Positions 29,201 through 37,431 of a stretch of 64,000 nucleotides of DNA are shown piece by piece (position 1 is the stretch's first letter; each line of letters opens with the position of its first letter). Under the pieces are notes generated by a model. It made no database searches. It saw nothing but the letters and a program-made list of their open reading frames with translations, and was not told the DNA's origin. The stretch lies in IMG/VR virus record IMGVR_UViG_2974597119_000001, positions 1-64,000 of that record. One strand, given 5' to 3'. The DNA is from a virus. Its lineage: Duplodnaviria; Caudoviricetes. A program made the translations under genes and the position numbers.

Positions 29201-32200
29201 GGTCGATGTCGTTGAACGACGGCTGCGAGATGAACACGAAATCGTAGTCGTTCTGCGTCAGCTCGTGCAGCTTGCGGTTCCGCTCGGCCGCCGTGTCCGG
29301 CTTCGATTTCAGGTTGCCCGCCTTGTCGCGGGTGTAGGTCTCGCCGATCACCAGCACGCGCGAGCCCGGGAACCACTTCTCGGCCTCGGCCATCCAGTTC
29401 GCCAGGACCGACTTCGGCACGACAAACGTCGGCTTCTTGGCCTGTCCGTTCATCTTCGCCATGCGCGCCAGCATCAGGCCGCGCACGGTCTTGCCCAGGC
29501 CCACGTCGGCCGCGATGATGCCCTTGCCGGCCGCCAGCGCCCAGCGCAGGCCGCCGTACTGGTAGTCTTTCAGGCCCTCGTCGTTCAGGCCCGGTATGTC
29601 GATGGGCGCGTTCGAGAACTCGCGCTGCACGAAGCCCCGGAATTTCCGGTTGTACAGATCCTCGACCTGATCGCGGTAGCGCGACGACAGCAGCCAGAGC
29701 TTGAAATCCTCGTTCCAGCGCTCGATGGTCGGCAGGTCGTCTTTGCGCACGCCGGTGCGGTTCAGGTACTTGTCCAGCAGCGCGGCGTCGCCGTACTGGT
29801 TGCCGCCCTGGATGGTGTAGATGCCGTCGGCAAACGTGATCGACACGTCCGGCTGCTTGCGCACCCAGTCGTTGTCGGAGCCGTTCTTTCGGTCGTTGAA
29901 GTAGGCCGCCAGCACGTCCGTCGGCACGAAGGCCGAGTTGACCATCACCTCGACATCCTCGAGGGACTTCGGATCGATCACTTCCTCCAGGCGCCGGGCC
30001 TGGGCGGCATACTTCTCGGCCAGCCCGTCGCGCAGGTCGCCGCGCGCGATCTCGGCGCGCACAAGGTCCAGCTTCGGCCAGAGCTCGCCGGTCAGGTACT
30101 GGTCCATCGTGGTCCACTGGCCGCCGCCGGCGTAGGCGTAGGCCGGCGAGGCGAACAGCGCGTCCTCGACCTCCTCCACATCCTTGCCGATCCGGTCGGC
30201 CAGCTCCGCCGCTGAGAATGTGCCGCTGGTGCGCTCGAGCGCCAGGGACTGCGCGGCGGTGTCCAGCGTTCCCTCGACGCGGCGCGCGGCTCGGCCGGTC
30301 ACGGCGTCGGACAGGGAGCCGTCGGCGCTCACGGCGCCGATCAGGCGGTACAGCGTCTTGTCCTGCGACGCGGCAAGCTGGAGGTTGGCGTTCTTGCCCG
30401 GGTTGCCGTGCTGGGCCACCCAGGCGCGCACACGCTCCTCGAGCGCGGGCCGGTCGACGGCCTGCCCGGTGAACAGCCGGTCGATGTCGGCCGCGATGTC
30501 CTGCGCGTCGCGCACGGCGGGATCCGCCAGGAATTCGTCGACGCGGTGCCAGCGCGGCGGCCGGCCCTGCAGGATGTAGGTCACGCCGTCGACGACCTTG
30601 GTGTCTCCGACCTTGGCGTTGCCATAGGCCCGCATCACAGCGCCGCCGAGCGCCTTCTTCTTCGCGGCCTCGTCATCGCCAAGCGCATCGAGCACGGCGT
30701 GCACGTCCGGCGTGGCCGTCGTCACCTCGTCCGGCGTCCACTTCGCGATCTCATCCGGCACGCCCTGCATGGAGCCGGACACGGTGATGTCCTGGCCCAT
30801 GCCGGCCTTGGCGCGCCAGCCGGCTTCCATCGTGCCGAAGATGCTCGAGGCGCCGCGCCCGGCGAAGTAGCCGCCGGACAGGTATTCGTCGTCCCATACG
30901 CCGAGCTGCTTGAGCGTGTCCCGGTTGACCGTCATCAGCGCGCCGGCCACATCGTCCGCCCTCTTGCGGAAGAACACGATGTCGGTCGTCACTCCGGTAT
31001 GCGAGTGCTCGAATGCGGTATTCGGCATGCGCACGGCGCCCAGGAACTCGCCCTTTCGCAGCAGGCGTTCGCGCAAGCTCCGATTCGACTTCGCGTCCAT
31101 CACGCTGGTCGGCACGATCATGGCGACGATGCCACCCGGCTTTGTCTTGTCGAGCGCGGTGTCCAGGAAGTAGCCCTCGGCCGACTTGAGGCCGGGCTTG
31201 TCGTCCTTGATCAACGGGCCGCGCAGGCCGAACGGCGCATTGCCGATCACCACGTCGAATTGCCGGTCGCCGTCCTGCGTCGCGAAGCGCTCCAGGCTCG
31301 CATTGACGATCTCGTGTCGGTCGCCGTGCAGCACCTCCGCCACCTTGGCGCTGGTCGGGTCGAGCTCGACGCCGGTCACCTTCACGCCGGCCGGCGCGGT
31401 GTGCAGGAACACGCCAGTCGCGCAGGACGGCTCGAGCACGGTGCCGCTCGTGAAGCCCAGGTTCGCGAGCGCCGTCCACATGGCCGAGGCCACGGCCGGG
31501 TCAGTGTAGAACTCGTTCCAACTGTCGCCGCAGCCGCCGTTGCCGCTGTACTGGCGCATCAGCGCGCGGTCGGCGTCGCTGTACTCGTCCTTGTCGGCGG
31601 TCACCAGATCGACGACCTGCGCGTTGATCTCGCGGCGCTGGCCCTTGGTGATGCCAGCCGGCACGCCGAAGGAGCCGCGCTCGGCTGGCGCTATGTCCAC
31701 AGCTACCGGCGTTGTGTCCAGAGCTGCCGGCGCTATGTCCGGAGCTTTCGCCGGCGTCGCGGCCGCAAGGTGCTTTTCCCGGATGAACCACCCGCCGTCC
31801 TTCCTGAACGTGTACGGGTCGATGTCCTTCGCCTCGGCCTGCGTCAGGTCGCGACGAATGATGCCGCGCAGCGTCTTGCCCTTGCCGTTCTTGGTGACGT
31901 GCTCGACGATCTCGGGCGCCGGGTCGGCGGTCATGCCCAGCGCTTCGCGCGGCAGGTAGTCCTGCATCTGCACGGGAACAACGCCGTTCGCCTGCTGGCG
32001 CCCGCGCGTGGTGCTCGACAGGTGCGCCATCACCTTGCCATCGTCGCGCGCGGCGCCAGTGTTCAGGACGTGCCAAGTATCGCCATCGTGCTCGACGACA
32101 GGCAGGTCGAGCGCCGGCGGGGCCACGAACTCGCTGGCGGGCTTCGGTTCGGCGGCCGGCTGCGCGAACAGATCCAGCGTCTCGCCCTTGGCCGGCTCGG

Positions 32201-32555
32201 CAGGCTTGAGGCCGTCGAACATGGCCGCCATCTCGGCCGGCGTCTTGCCGTCGAGCTTCCCCATGCCGGCGAAAATCTGCTGCTGCTGGCCCTCGGTCAT
32301 GCCGGCCAGCATCTGCGCGAGCCCGTTCAGGCCGCCGTGGCGCGCGATGAAGGCGTCCAGCTTCGACCGCTTCGCGCGCGGCGCCGGCGCAGGCGGCGGT
32401 TCCGCAAACAGCGATCCCTGCGCATGCGGTTTGAGCGCGACCTTCTGGATCCGGATGTGCGGCTTGACGACCGTGCCGTCCTTGCGGACGTGGGCGCCCA
32501 CATGGACCGGCGTGTCAAAGAGCGCGAGCTGCGCTTTCGTGAGGAGAATGATCAT
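26262..32555 (-). CDS. DarB-like DNA methyltransferase + SNF2 helicase polyvalent protein
   Basis: 2097 aa; EFYT, VLEPSCATGVF and IGNAPF (amino-MTase); DVGLGKT, VDEGH, LTATP and QRNGR (SNF2). Confidence 0.88.
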   Translation of the reverse strand: MIILLTKAQLALFDTPVHVGAHVRKDGTVVKPHIRIQKVALKPHAQGSLFAEPPPAPAPRAKRSKLDAFIARHGGLNGLAQMLAGMTEGQQQQIFAGMGKLDGKTPAEMAAMFDGLKPAEPAKGETLDLFAQPAAEPKPASEFVAPPALDLPVVEHDGDTWHVLNTGAARDDGKVMAHLSSTTRGRQQANGVVPVQMQDYLPREALGMTADPAPEIVEHVTKNGKGKTLRGIIRRDLTQAEAKDIDPYTFRKDGGWFIREKHLAAATPAKAPDIAPAALDTTPVAVDIAPAERGSFGVPAGITKGQRREINAQVVDLVTADKDEYSDADRALMRQYSGNGGCGDSWNEFYTDPAVASAMWTALANLGFTSGTVLEPSCATGVFLHTAPAGVKVTGVELDPTSAKVAEVLHGDRHEIVNASLERFATQDGDRQFDVVIGNAPFGLRGPLIKDDKPGLKSAEGYFLDTALDKTKPGGIVAMIVPTSVMDAKSNRSLRERLLRKGEFLGAVRMPNTAFEHSHTGVTTDIVFFRKRADDVAGALMTVNRDTLKQLGVWDDEYLSGGYFAGRGASSIFGTMEAGWRAKAGMGQDITVSGSMQGVPDEIAKWTPDEVTTATPDVHAVLDALGDDEAAKKKALGGAVMRAYGNAKVGDTKVVDGVTYILQGRPPRWHRVDEFLADPAVRDAQDIAADIDRLFTGQAVDRPALEERVRAWVAQHGNPGKNANLQLAASQDKTLYRLIGAVSADGSLSDAVTGRAARRVEGTLDTAAQSLALERTSGTFSAAELADRIGKDVEEVEDALFASPAYAYAGGGQWTTMDQYLTGELWPKLDLVRAEIARGDLRDGLAEKYAAQARRLEEVIDPKSLEDVEVMVNSAFVPTDVLAAYFNDRKNGSDNDWVRKQPDVSITFADGIYTIQGGNQYGDAALLDKYLNRTGVRKDDLPTIERWNEDFKLWLLSSRYRDQVEDLYNRKFRGFVQREFSNAPIDIPGLNDEGLKDYQYGGLRWALAAGKGIIAADVGLGKTVRGLMLARMAKMNGQAKKPTFVVPKSVLANWMAEAEKWFPGSRVLVIGETYTRDKAGNLKSKPDTAAERNRKLHELTQNDYDFVFISQPSFNDIDLDPITKEQYVGEDFWVQRGDKLGNAGDKRRKKVREAYEQAIADRDFRKRTDAIYFNDLGVDMLLVDEGHAFKNLYAARARFGESPKFLGGQGLSNRALDMNLKTRWVREQNGGNGIFMLTATPTKNSPLEIYSMLSHISPEAFERIGIRNSEEFLDRFCEFANDKILGTDGTIQDALVTVGFKNLGELREIMRRYIDRKTAADVGLALPARDDRMHMIDMTAEQQAVYADLREQMAELATKKDATGDAHIFSIMDKMAKAAMDLELLGAEHAGAHSPKYAEAAKHIAAGAKDGGQVVFAEAVDTHEKIAAALVKAGIPRDRIAIMNAQEAESSAKRQNIADAFNAGKLDVVIGNKTMEEGQNLQKRTTDIHHMDLPWEPASMQQRNGRGLRQGNINEAVRLHVYISKGSFDGYRYQSMMAKKDWQDVLWNGGDRVDNMAREGRFDRSDLLIMMSADPEAERAKFEADKAAAQERYDGEQRRAAASEFVRFQVMKRSFRDLQNKNSVSAQRLRAKIERAKTILSNNKYFGAKGALDSDQPVVIHPDTGIAMQRGTGLDVTETDGSTVKWVVTDVNPTTGDVSMRRYGEIKGAGAITVPSSKLAHGVAAFKFDEAAEAAQVAAKLEAAAADKANNLGSWEDVTALPPSILASSHDAIQRQVKAGAKAHTFRMPYGDVPMINRETGALEVAESYGHHNQHDTHDYLLPTEANREKAIQAYIADQQARTFGTEYMTKRRGGRSEARFVEKYPGKFGQRHNRWTSAGKMAFGEGFEKEAREAFSRVQGERIRRAPTFADALREAAPMAEFGYSTTPTWPRKALATLFAKAKHDGVLGQSFQAVQPKTESYGRQVNVLPNELWSYRDGSQIGSALSADGWYNGQPVAGTVRNTLVRLAEKNGYHDLAAAMMVSAKDGDPEATVRDLMRLPVMSNEAVADAVRHMIAKHPEIGEKTVKELGPSYQPHIPFQTQGMKLADALRKEAA

Positions 32556-32585
32556 CGAGGGACGGCCTTTTCGGAACGTCCCCCG

Positions 32586-32601
32586 ATTGTGCTGTCACGA
32601 T
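32586..32601 (-). promoter_or_regulatory. Late-type promoter (ATCGTGAC-AG-CACAAT) for the DarB-like gene
   Basis: Recurrent motif about 30 nt upstream of ATG 32555. Confidence 0.7.
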
Positions 32602-33110
32602 CAGTTTGCCGGGCGCGCCGCCAAGAACAGCACCAGGGCCTTGATCATGGCCGGCTTGTCGCGCGTGGCCCGCACCTTCGTTACAAACTCGTCGACCGGC
32701 ATCGCCGTGATCGGGCCGAGAAAGCGCGGATCGTCGTAGTGCTCGAGGTACGCGGCGCGCGCGGCGGCCTCGCTGGGGAAGCCCAGCATGCACTTGTCCT
32801 CGTCGTACTTGGCCCATTCGCCATACTTGCGCTGATGCACCACGTAGACCGTCGGCGCCGTCTCGAGCTCCGGGCCCAGGTACACGTCCACCTCGTCGCC
32901 GTCGACCGCCTCCGACCGGCAGACGTAGCCGTAGTCGTACTTCATCTTCGTGCGCCAGCCCTTGCCCTCGCGCACGGACCCGGCCGGGTTCTCGATGGCG
33001 ATCTCCAGGCCGTTCCACTTCACGCGCGGCTTCTTGTAGTTGCCGGCCTCGGCCTGCGCCGGCGTGGGCGGCGTCCACGCATCGGCCTTGAGCAGCACAA
33101 CGGCGCCCAC
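32601..33110 (-). CDS. Phage inorganic pyrophosphatase-like protein
   Basis: GTG 33110; IENPAGSVR, YGY, DGDEVDV and DEDKCMLGF motifs of the polyvalent-protein PPase domain. Confidence 0.8.
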   Translation of the reverse strand: MGAVVLLKADAWTPPTPAQAEAGNYKKPRVKWNGLEIAIENPAGSVREGKGWRTKMKYDYGYVCRSEAVDGDEVDVYLGPELETAPTVYVVHQRKYGEWAKYDEDKCMLGFPSEAAARAAYLEHYDDPRFLGPITAMPVDEFVTKVRATRDKPAMIKALVLFLAARPAN

Positions 33111-33112
33111 TG

Positions 33113-33292
33113 CTATTCCCTGGCCTTCTGGACCATCTTCTGGCCGACGTTCGCCGTGAGATAGGCGCCGACGGACGCGATGACGACGGCGGAATACACG
33201 CCGTCCGAGATGTGGCCGAACCACACGAGGCCCGTGGCGCTGGCGAGGGTCGCGGCGGCCAACAGGAATTTGCGGCTTGCGTAACGGATCAT
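33113..33292 (-). CDS. Small two-TM membrane protein (holin-like)
   Basis: MIRYASRKFLL start, two hydrophobic segments, basic C-terminus. Confidence 0.55.
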   Translation of the reverse strand: MIRYASRKFLLAAATLASATGLVWFGHISDGVYSAVVIASVGAYLTANVGQKMVQKARE

Positions 33293-34449
33293 TTCGTCTC
33301 CAGGGTCTGGCGGAGCCAGTTTCCAAAATCGGTGTCGTCGCCGGGCTCGTCCTGGATCACAGGAAGCCAGCGGCCACGGCAATGCGGGTGCTGCACGCCG
33401 GCGGCGATCCACCAGCGCTCATCCGGCTCGCGCTCGACCAGCGTGTTGCCTACGCGCTTGCGCGGCGCCGCTGAGCGGCCGATGTTCGTTTTGCCCGGCC
33501 AGATTTGCGTGTCGCCGTCCTTTTTCGGCGCATCGGCCGCCACGACCTCGACCACCTTGCCGTCGATCTTTCGGCAAAAGGCGCAGGCGTTGCGGTACTG
33601 CTCGACGCGCTTTAGCTTCGTCCCCGGTTTCTGGCTGGAGACATAGCCCTGATTGGCGTTCTCGCCGGCCTCGGTCACAGCGATGCGGCGCCAGTCGCGG
33701 TTCAGCGTCGCGAACTCGTCGAGCAGCGTCGTCTGCAGGCTGTGAGACGGGCGCGGCGCCTCGCCGTGGCCGGCCAGCATCTGCTCCTCGGTGTGCTGCC
33801 GGATCACGTTGCGCATGCGGTGCCGCGCGTCGTCGGCCAGCTTCTGCACGTTCTCCGCAGCGCGCGCCGCGCCGAAGCGCATGACGTTGACCTGCAGCGG
33901 CGTGAGCGGCAGGAACTGCGCCGCTTCGTCCACGGTCGACGGCAGCGCCGCGAGCACCGTGTCGGCCTGCTTGGCGTTCAGGGCCTCCATGCTGGCCTGC
34001 ACGCGGCCCATGAGCGTCGCGCGCGTCGCGAGCCATTCGGCCTCGGTGCGCAGGTCGTCCGCCGGCAGGTAGCGCTGCACGAGGTAGTCGACCATCAGCA
34101 TGTTGTCGTCGAGCGTCCATTCGGCCGGCGGCAGGGCCTCGAGATAGAGCTTCACCAGCTCGCGCTCGCCCTCAGTCCAGCGCTGCATGGCGCCATCGGG
34201 ACGCGCCGGCACCGTGCCCGGCCGGTGCTTCTCGCCAGCCAACCACTTCTCGAGCTCGGCCCGGAAGCCATCCAGGCGCATGAGCCCGCGCTGCGTGAAC
34301 AATTCGATCAGGCGTCGGACGAACGGCGACTCGTGCGGGTTCCAGATGGAATCGTCGCCGTCGTGAGTGTGCAGGGCCTTGTAAATCTGGTTGAGCGCGC
34401 GGTCAGTCTGCGGCTCGTTCAGGGCGCCCAGGTCGAATAGGAGTGCCAT
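33289..34449 (-). CDS. MuF/gp7-like head morphogenesis protein
   Basis: RIAVTE, ACAFC and HPHCRG motifs. Confidence 0.8.
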   Translation of the reverse strand: MALLFDLGALNEPQTDRALNQIYKALHTHDGDDSIWNPHESPFVRRLIELFTQRGLMRLDGFRAELEKWLAGEKHRPGTVPARPDGAMQRWTEGERELVKLYLEALPPAEWTLDDNMLMVDYLVQRYLPADDLRTEAEWLATRATLMGRVQASMEALNAKQADTVLAALPSTVDEAAQFLPLTPLQVNVMRFGAARAAENVQKLADDARHRMRNVIRQHTEEQMLAGHGEAPRPSHSLQTTLLDEFATLNRDWRRIAVTEAGENANQGYVSSQKPGTKLKRVEQYRNACAFCRKIDGKVVEVVAADAPKKDGDTQIWPGKTNIGRSAAPRKRVGNTLVEREPDERWWIAAGVQHPHCRGRWLPVIQDEPGDDTDFGNWLRQTLETK

Positions 34450-34471
34450 GCTGCGAGCATAGCGTCACGAT
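34450..34471 (-). promoter_or_regulatory. Late-type promoter, leaderless (ATCGTGAC-GC-TATGCT-6nt-ATG)
   Basis: Recurrent motif. Confidence 0.7.
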
Positions 34472-35163
34472 CACGCGGCCCAATCCAACGCGGGACCGGC
34501 CAGCGCCACGGGCTTCAAGGTCGCCGCATCCAGGATGGTGAAATCATGCCCTTGGAACACTGCGCCGGTGTCGATGTGGTAGACGTTGCCGAGGATCACC
34601 GGCCGTTGCAGCGGCGTATGCCCGACCACGACCGCACGCACGCCGGCCACGGGGATGTGGCGTTCCTGCTGGATCCGCTCGCGGCTCCACATTGCGAGCA
34701 TCCCGAACACGTCATCTTTCAGGTACTCGGGGAAATCCGCCCAGTCGTCCGGGCAATTCGCATGCACGATCCCGACAAGGCCGTCGGCCGTCTCGAGCTC
34801 GATTGCGATGGGAAGCTCGTCGAAAGCGGCCGCGAATGCTTTTTGGCGCATCGTCGGCAGGTCCATGAACCATTGGCCGCCGTTCGCCGCGTAGGTGCGC
34901 GGGTCGTACATGCCCTTCGCCGCGTCGACTGCCATCTGCTCATGGTTGCCGCGCACCGCGTGGAACCAGGGCTGCGCCAGCCACTCCAGCGCGAGCTCGG
35001 ATTCGGGCCCGCGATCCACCAGATCGCCGACGCTGAACAGCCGGTCGCGCGAAGGGTCGAACCCCATTTGATCGAGGCGCGCTTGCAGGCGCGAGAAACA
35101 CCCGTGGATGTCGCCAACGATGAAATCGCGGCCGGCGCTATTGCCGCCGAATTGTTTGATCAT
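34471..35163 (-). CDS. Metallophosphoesterase (lambda NinI/PphA-like Ser/Thr phosphatase family)
   Basis: GDIHG, GDLVDRG, RGNHE, GHT and IDTG motifs. Confidence 0.9.
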   Translation of the reverse strand: MIKQFGGNSAGRDFIVGDIHGCFSRLQARLDQMGFDPSRDRLFSVGDLVDRGPESELALEWLAQPWFHAVRGNHEQMAVDAAKGMYDPRTYAANGGQWFMDLPTMRQKAFAAAFDELPIAIELETADGLVGIVHANCPDDWADFPEYLKDDVFGMLAMWSRERIQQERHIPVAGVRAVVVGHTPLQRPVILGNVYHIDTGAVFQGHDFTILDAATLKPVALAGPALDWAA

Positions 35164-35165
35164 GG

Positions 35166-35744
35166 TTAGAGCTGGCTGATGCCAGTCAGGTAGGTCGTCT
35201 CGAACAACCGCCGGAGCAAGGCATTCCGGGGCCCCATTGCATGCACGACGCTGCGCGCATGATCGAAATACTCGCGCTTGCGTTCCTGACTCCAGGGCGG
35301 CGGCGCCGCGATGATGTCGCGCAGGTTCGCCGTCTTGTCCGCCGTCTTGATCCAGGCCGCGCGGTCGCTGTAGTGCGGCGCCTTGTCGATCTGCGCCTGC
35401 TTCTGCTGCGGCTTCGGCAGCGTCTCGTCGTTGGTCAGCTCGGCCACCAAGTCGGCCACGGTCAGGCCGAACCGCGCCGCGAGCTCGGCGTGCTTGACGC
35501 CGGTGTCCTCGATGGTGTCGTGCAGGACCGCCGCGATCAGCGTGTCGCGGTCGGTGATGCCCGCCTCGTCACGCAGGATGCTCACGACGGCGCGCGGGTG
35601 CGCTATATAAGGTGTCTTGCCGTCCTTGCGGTATTGGCCGGCGTGCTTGTGCTCGGCGAACCGGTCGGCGCGGTAGTAGGGAGAAACGACAGTCCCGTCC
35701 TGGCGGGTGTATCCGGCGACCTGCGCCTTGAGGAATACGATCAC
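35166..35744 (-). CDS. HD-domain small alarmone hydrolase (SpoT/Mesh1/Aph1-like)
   Basis: HAGQYRK..TPYIAHP, AAVLHDTIEDT and IKTADKTANL motifs. Confidence 0.88.
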   Translation of the reverse strand: MIVFLKAQVAGYTRQDGTVVSPYYRADRFAEHKHAGQYRKDGKTPYIAHPRAVVSILRDEAGITDRDTLIAAVLHDTIEDTGVKHAELAARFGLTVADLVAELTNDETLPKPQQKQAQIDKAPHYSDRAAWIKTADKTANLRDIIAAPPPWSQERKREYFDHARSVVHAMGPRNALLRRLFETTYLTGISQL

Positions 35745-35953
35745 TCCGCCGCCTGCGCAGGTTGCTCCTTCTGACCGGCGCCCATCAGGGCCCGGGCTTC
35801 TTCCTCGCTGATCACGCTGCCCCAGTCGATGGGCTTGTCCTTGCTGCCCTTGTAGGGAACGAACTTGCCCTGTCCCTCGCTCCAGACCTCCTGGGGGACG
35901 CCCCGGGCCGGGCCCCGGAACAAAGCACCTTCGTTTTCGATGTAGACCATCAC
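35741..35953 (-). CDS. Small protein between synthetase and hydrolase (putative immunity protein)
   Basis: 70 aa, 4-nt overlaps with both neighbours; C-terminal ISEEEA motif. Confidence 0.6.
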   Translation of the reverse strand: MMVYIENEGALFRGPARGVPQEVWSEGQGKFVPYKGSKDKPIDWGSVISEEEARALMGAGQKEQPAQAAE

Positions 35954-37431
35954 GTTCTCCGAATCAGCATGATCATTTTAGAGAAAGGCGCGGCCTTCTG
36001 CAAAGGTACATGGTCCTGCTGTTGCTTTCCGTCAACGCCGGACTGCCCTGCGCCGGACGCCTTGCTCCAGGCCGTGTCGTAGATTTCCTTCTGCGCCTTG
36101 AGCGCTTCGTAGAACTTCCGGTGATCCTCGTCCGACCATTTGTCGCCCGGCTCGGCCTCGCCGTACTTGGCCTGGAGGCTGCGGCTCACGTTGTAGTGCT
36201 CGTGCCCCTCCTCCTTGGCGAGCGTCATCGCTTTGACGTGAATCTGGAGCTCGGCCAGCATTCCGTTGGGCAGCTTCACGATGGTCATGAGGTCGCGGTA
36301 GCCCTCGTCGGTCGGCTTGGCGAACCGATCCTTGGGTTTCTGCGCCAGCTCGATCCCGGCGTCGCGCAGGTGCCCCAGCGCCTGTTTCACGCTGCCCATC
36401 GACGGCACGCTGATCGTGGCGCGCACGATGTCGCGCAACTGCGACCAGTCGCCGTCATAGTCGGCCTCGACCTTTTCCTTGGCGCGCTTCTCGCCCTTGA
36501 GCGGCGCGATGAACAGGAACCCGGTGTCGCTTTCCCATTCCTCCGGCGTGATGTCGTCCGGTTTCTTGCCGGACTGCAGGCCCATGACCTGGGCGACCTT
36601 GCCGAGCTGTTCGCGGAACTGGCCCAGCCCCTCGGTGCCCTTCTCGACCAGCTCCTCCCACGATTTGACCGGCTGGTTCACCTTCGCCGGCAGCTTGGCG
36701 AGCTCGTCGGCAGTGAACAGCGCGCCGCTGTCGTTGGCCGGCGCCGGCGCGGCCGCGCCCTGGTCGGCTATCTCGGACCAGCGGACCTGATGCACGCGGC
36801 CGGACGCGTCTTTGACGTGCGCGCCATCTGCGCCCGGTTCACCGACGATCTCGCCCTCGCCCTCGAAATCGCCCGCCTTGAACCGCACCTTGTCGCCCGG
36901 CTTGGCGCGCGGCGCGCCGGCGGCGGCCGGATCCTCATGCGCCGCAGGCTTGCGCTGGGCCGGCTGGCCCTTGTCGGTGCGGACCCATTTCGTCTGCTTG
37001 CGGCCGGTCCGGTCGACGATCTGCTTGCGCGTCAGCCCGGCGCGGTTCGCCGGCGGCATGTCGTGGTTGTCGGCTTTGAAGAACAGCAGCACGCGCCCGT
37101 CGGCGCCGAGAGATTTGGTGACCAATTTGTCCTCGTCTGCGTCGGGCGGGATGGACAGGTAGCGGCGCTGGCCGGCCGCATCCTCGACGATCATGCCGTC
37201 CTCGCCCTCATCGAGGATCGTGTAGCGCTGCGCGGCGCGCTTCTTGTGCCCGAGCACCTTGCCCCAGGGGACGCGGTGATCTTCGCCATCGCAGTCAACC
37301 GTGCAGCCGTGCTTGCCGTGCGCGCGCACGCAGCCGGCGCGCGGGCCGTCGCCGTGCTGGAAATAGACGTGATCGCCGATCTCGACGCCGGGCACGCGCT
37401 CCGGCTCTTGCTGGGGCTTCGCTTTCTTCAT
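35950..37431 (-). CDS. RelA/SpoT-family nucleotidyltransferase (small alarmone synthetase) with N-terminal extension
   Basis: LKGEKRAKEKV, LRDIVRATI, DRF...GYRD, AELQIH and H..Y motifs. Confidence 0.82.
   Translation of the reverse strand: MKKAKPQQEPERVPGVEIGDHVYFQHGDGPRAGCVRAHGKHGCTVDCDGEDHRVPWGKVLGHKKRAAQRYTILDEGEDGMIVEDAAGQRRYLSIPPDADEDKLVTKSLGADGRVLLFFKADNHDMPPANRAGLTRKQIVDRTGRKQTKWVRTDKGQPAQRKPAAHEDPAAAGAPRAKPGDKVRFKAGDFEGEGEIVGEPGADGAHVKDASGRVHQVRWSEIADQGAAAPAPANDSGALFTADELAKLPAKVNQPVKSWEELVEKGTEGLGQFREQLGKVAQVMGLQSGKKPDDITPEEWESDTGFLFIAPLKGEKRAKEKVEADYDGDWSQLRDIVRATISVPSMGSVKQALGHLRDAGIELAQKPKDRFAKPTDEGYRDLMTIVKLPNGMLAELQIHVKAMTLAKEEGHEHYNVSRSLQAKYGEAEPGDKWSDEDHRKFYEALKAQKEIYDTAWSKASGAGQSGVDGKQQQDHVPLQKAAPFSKMIMLIRRT

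Noticed and set aside
21137-33164. Very long plus-strand ORFs (21137-25681, 26721-30215, 30408-33164) and similar ones at 3552, 11374, 17408, 36010 and 52394
   Set aside because: Antisense shadows of real minus-strand genes in GC-rich DNA; no motifs or start signals
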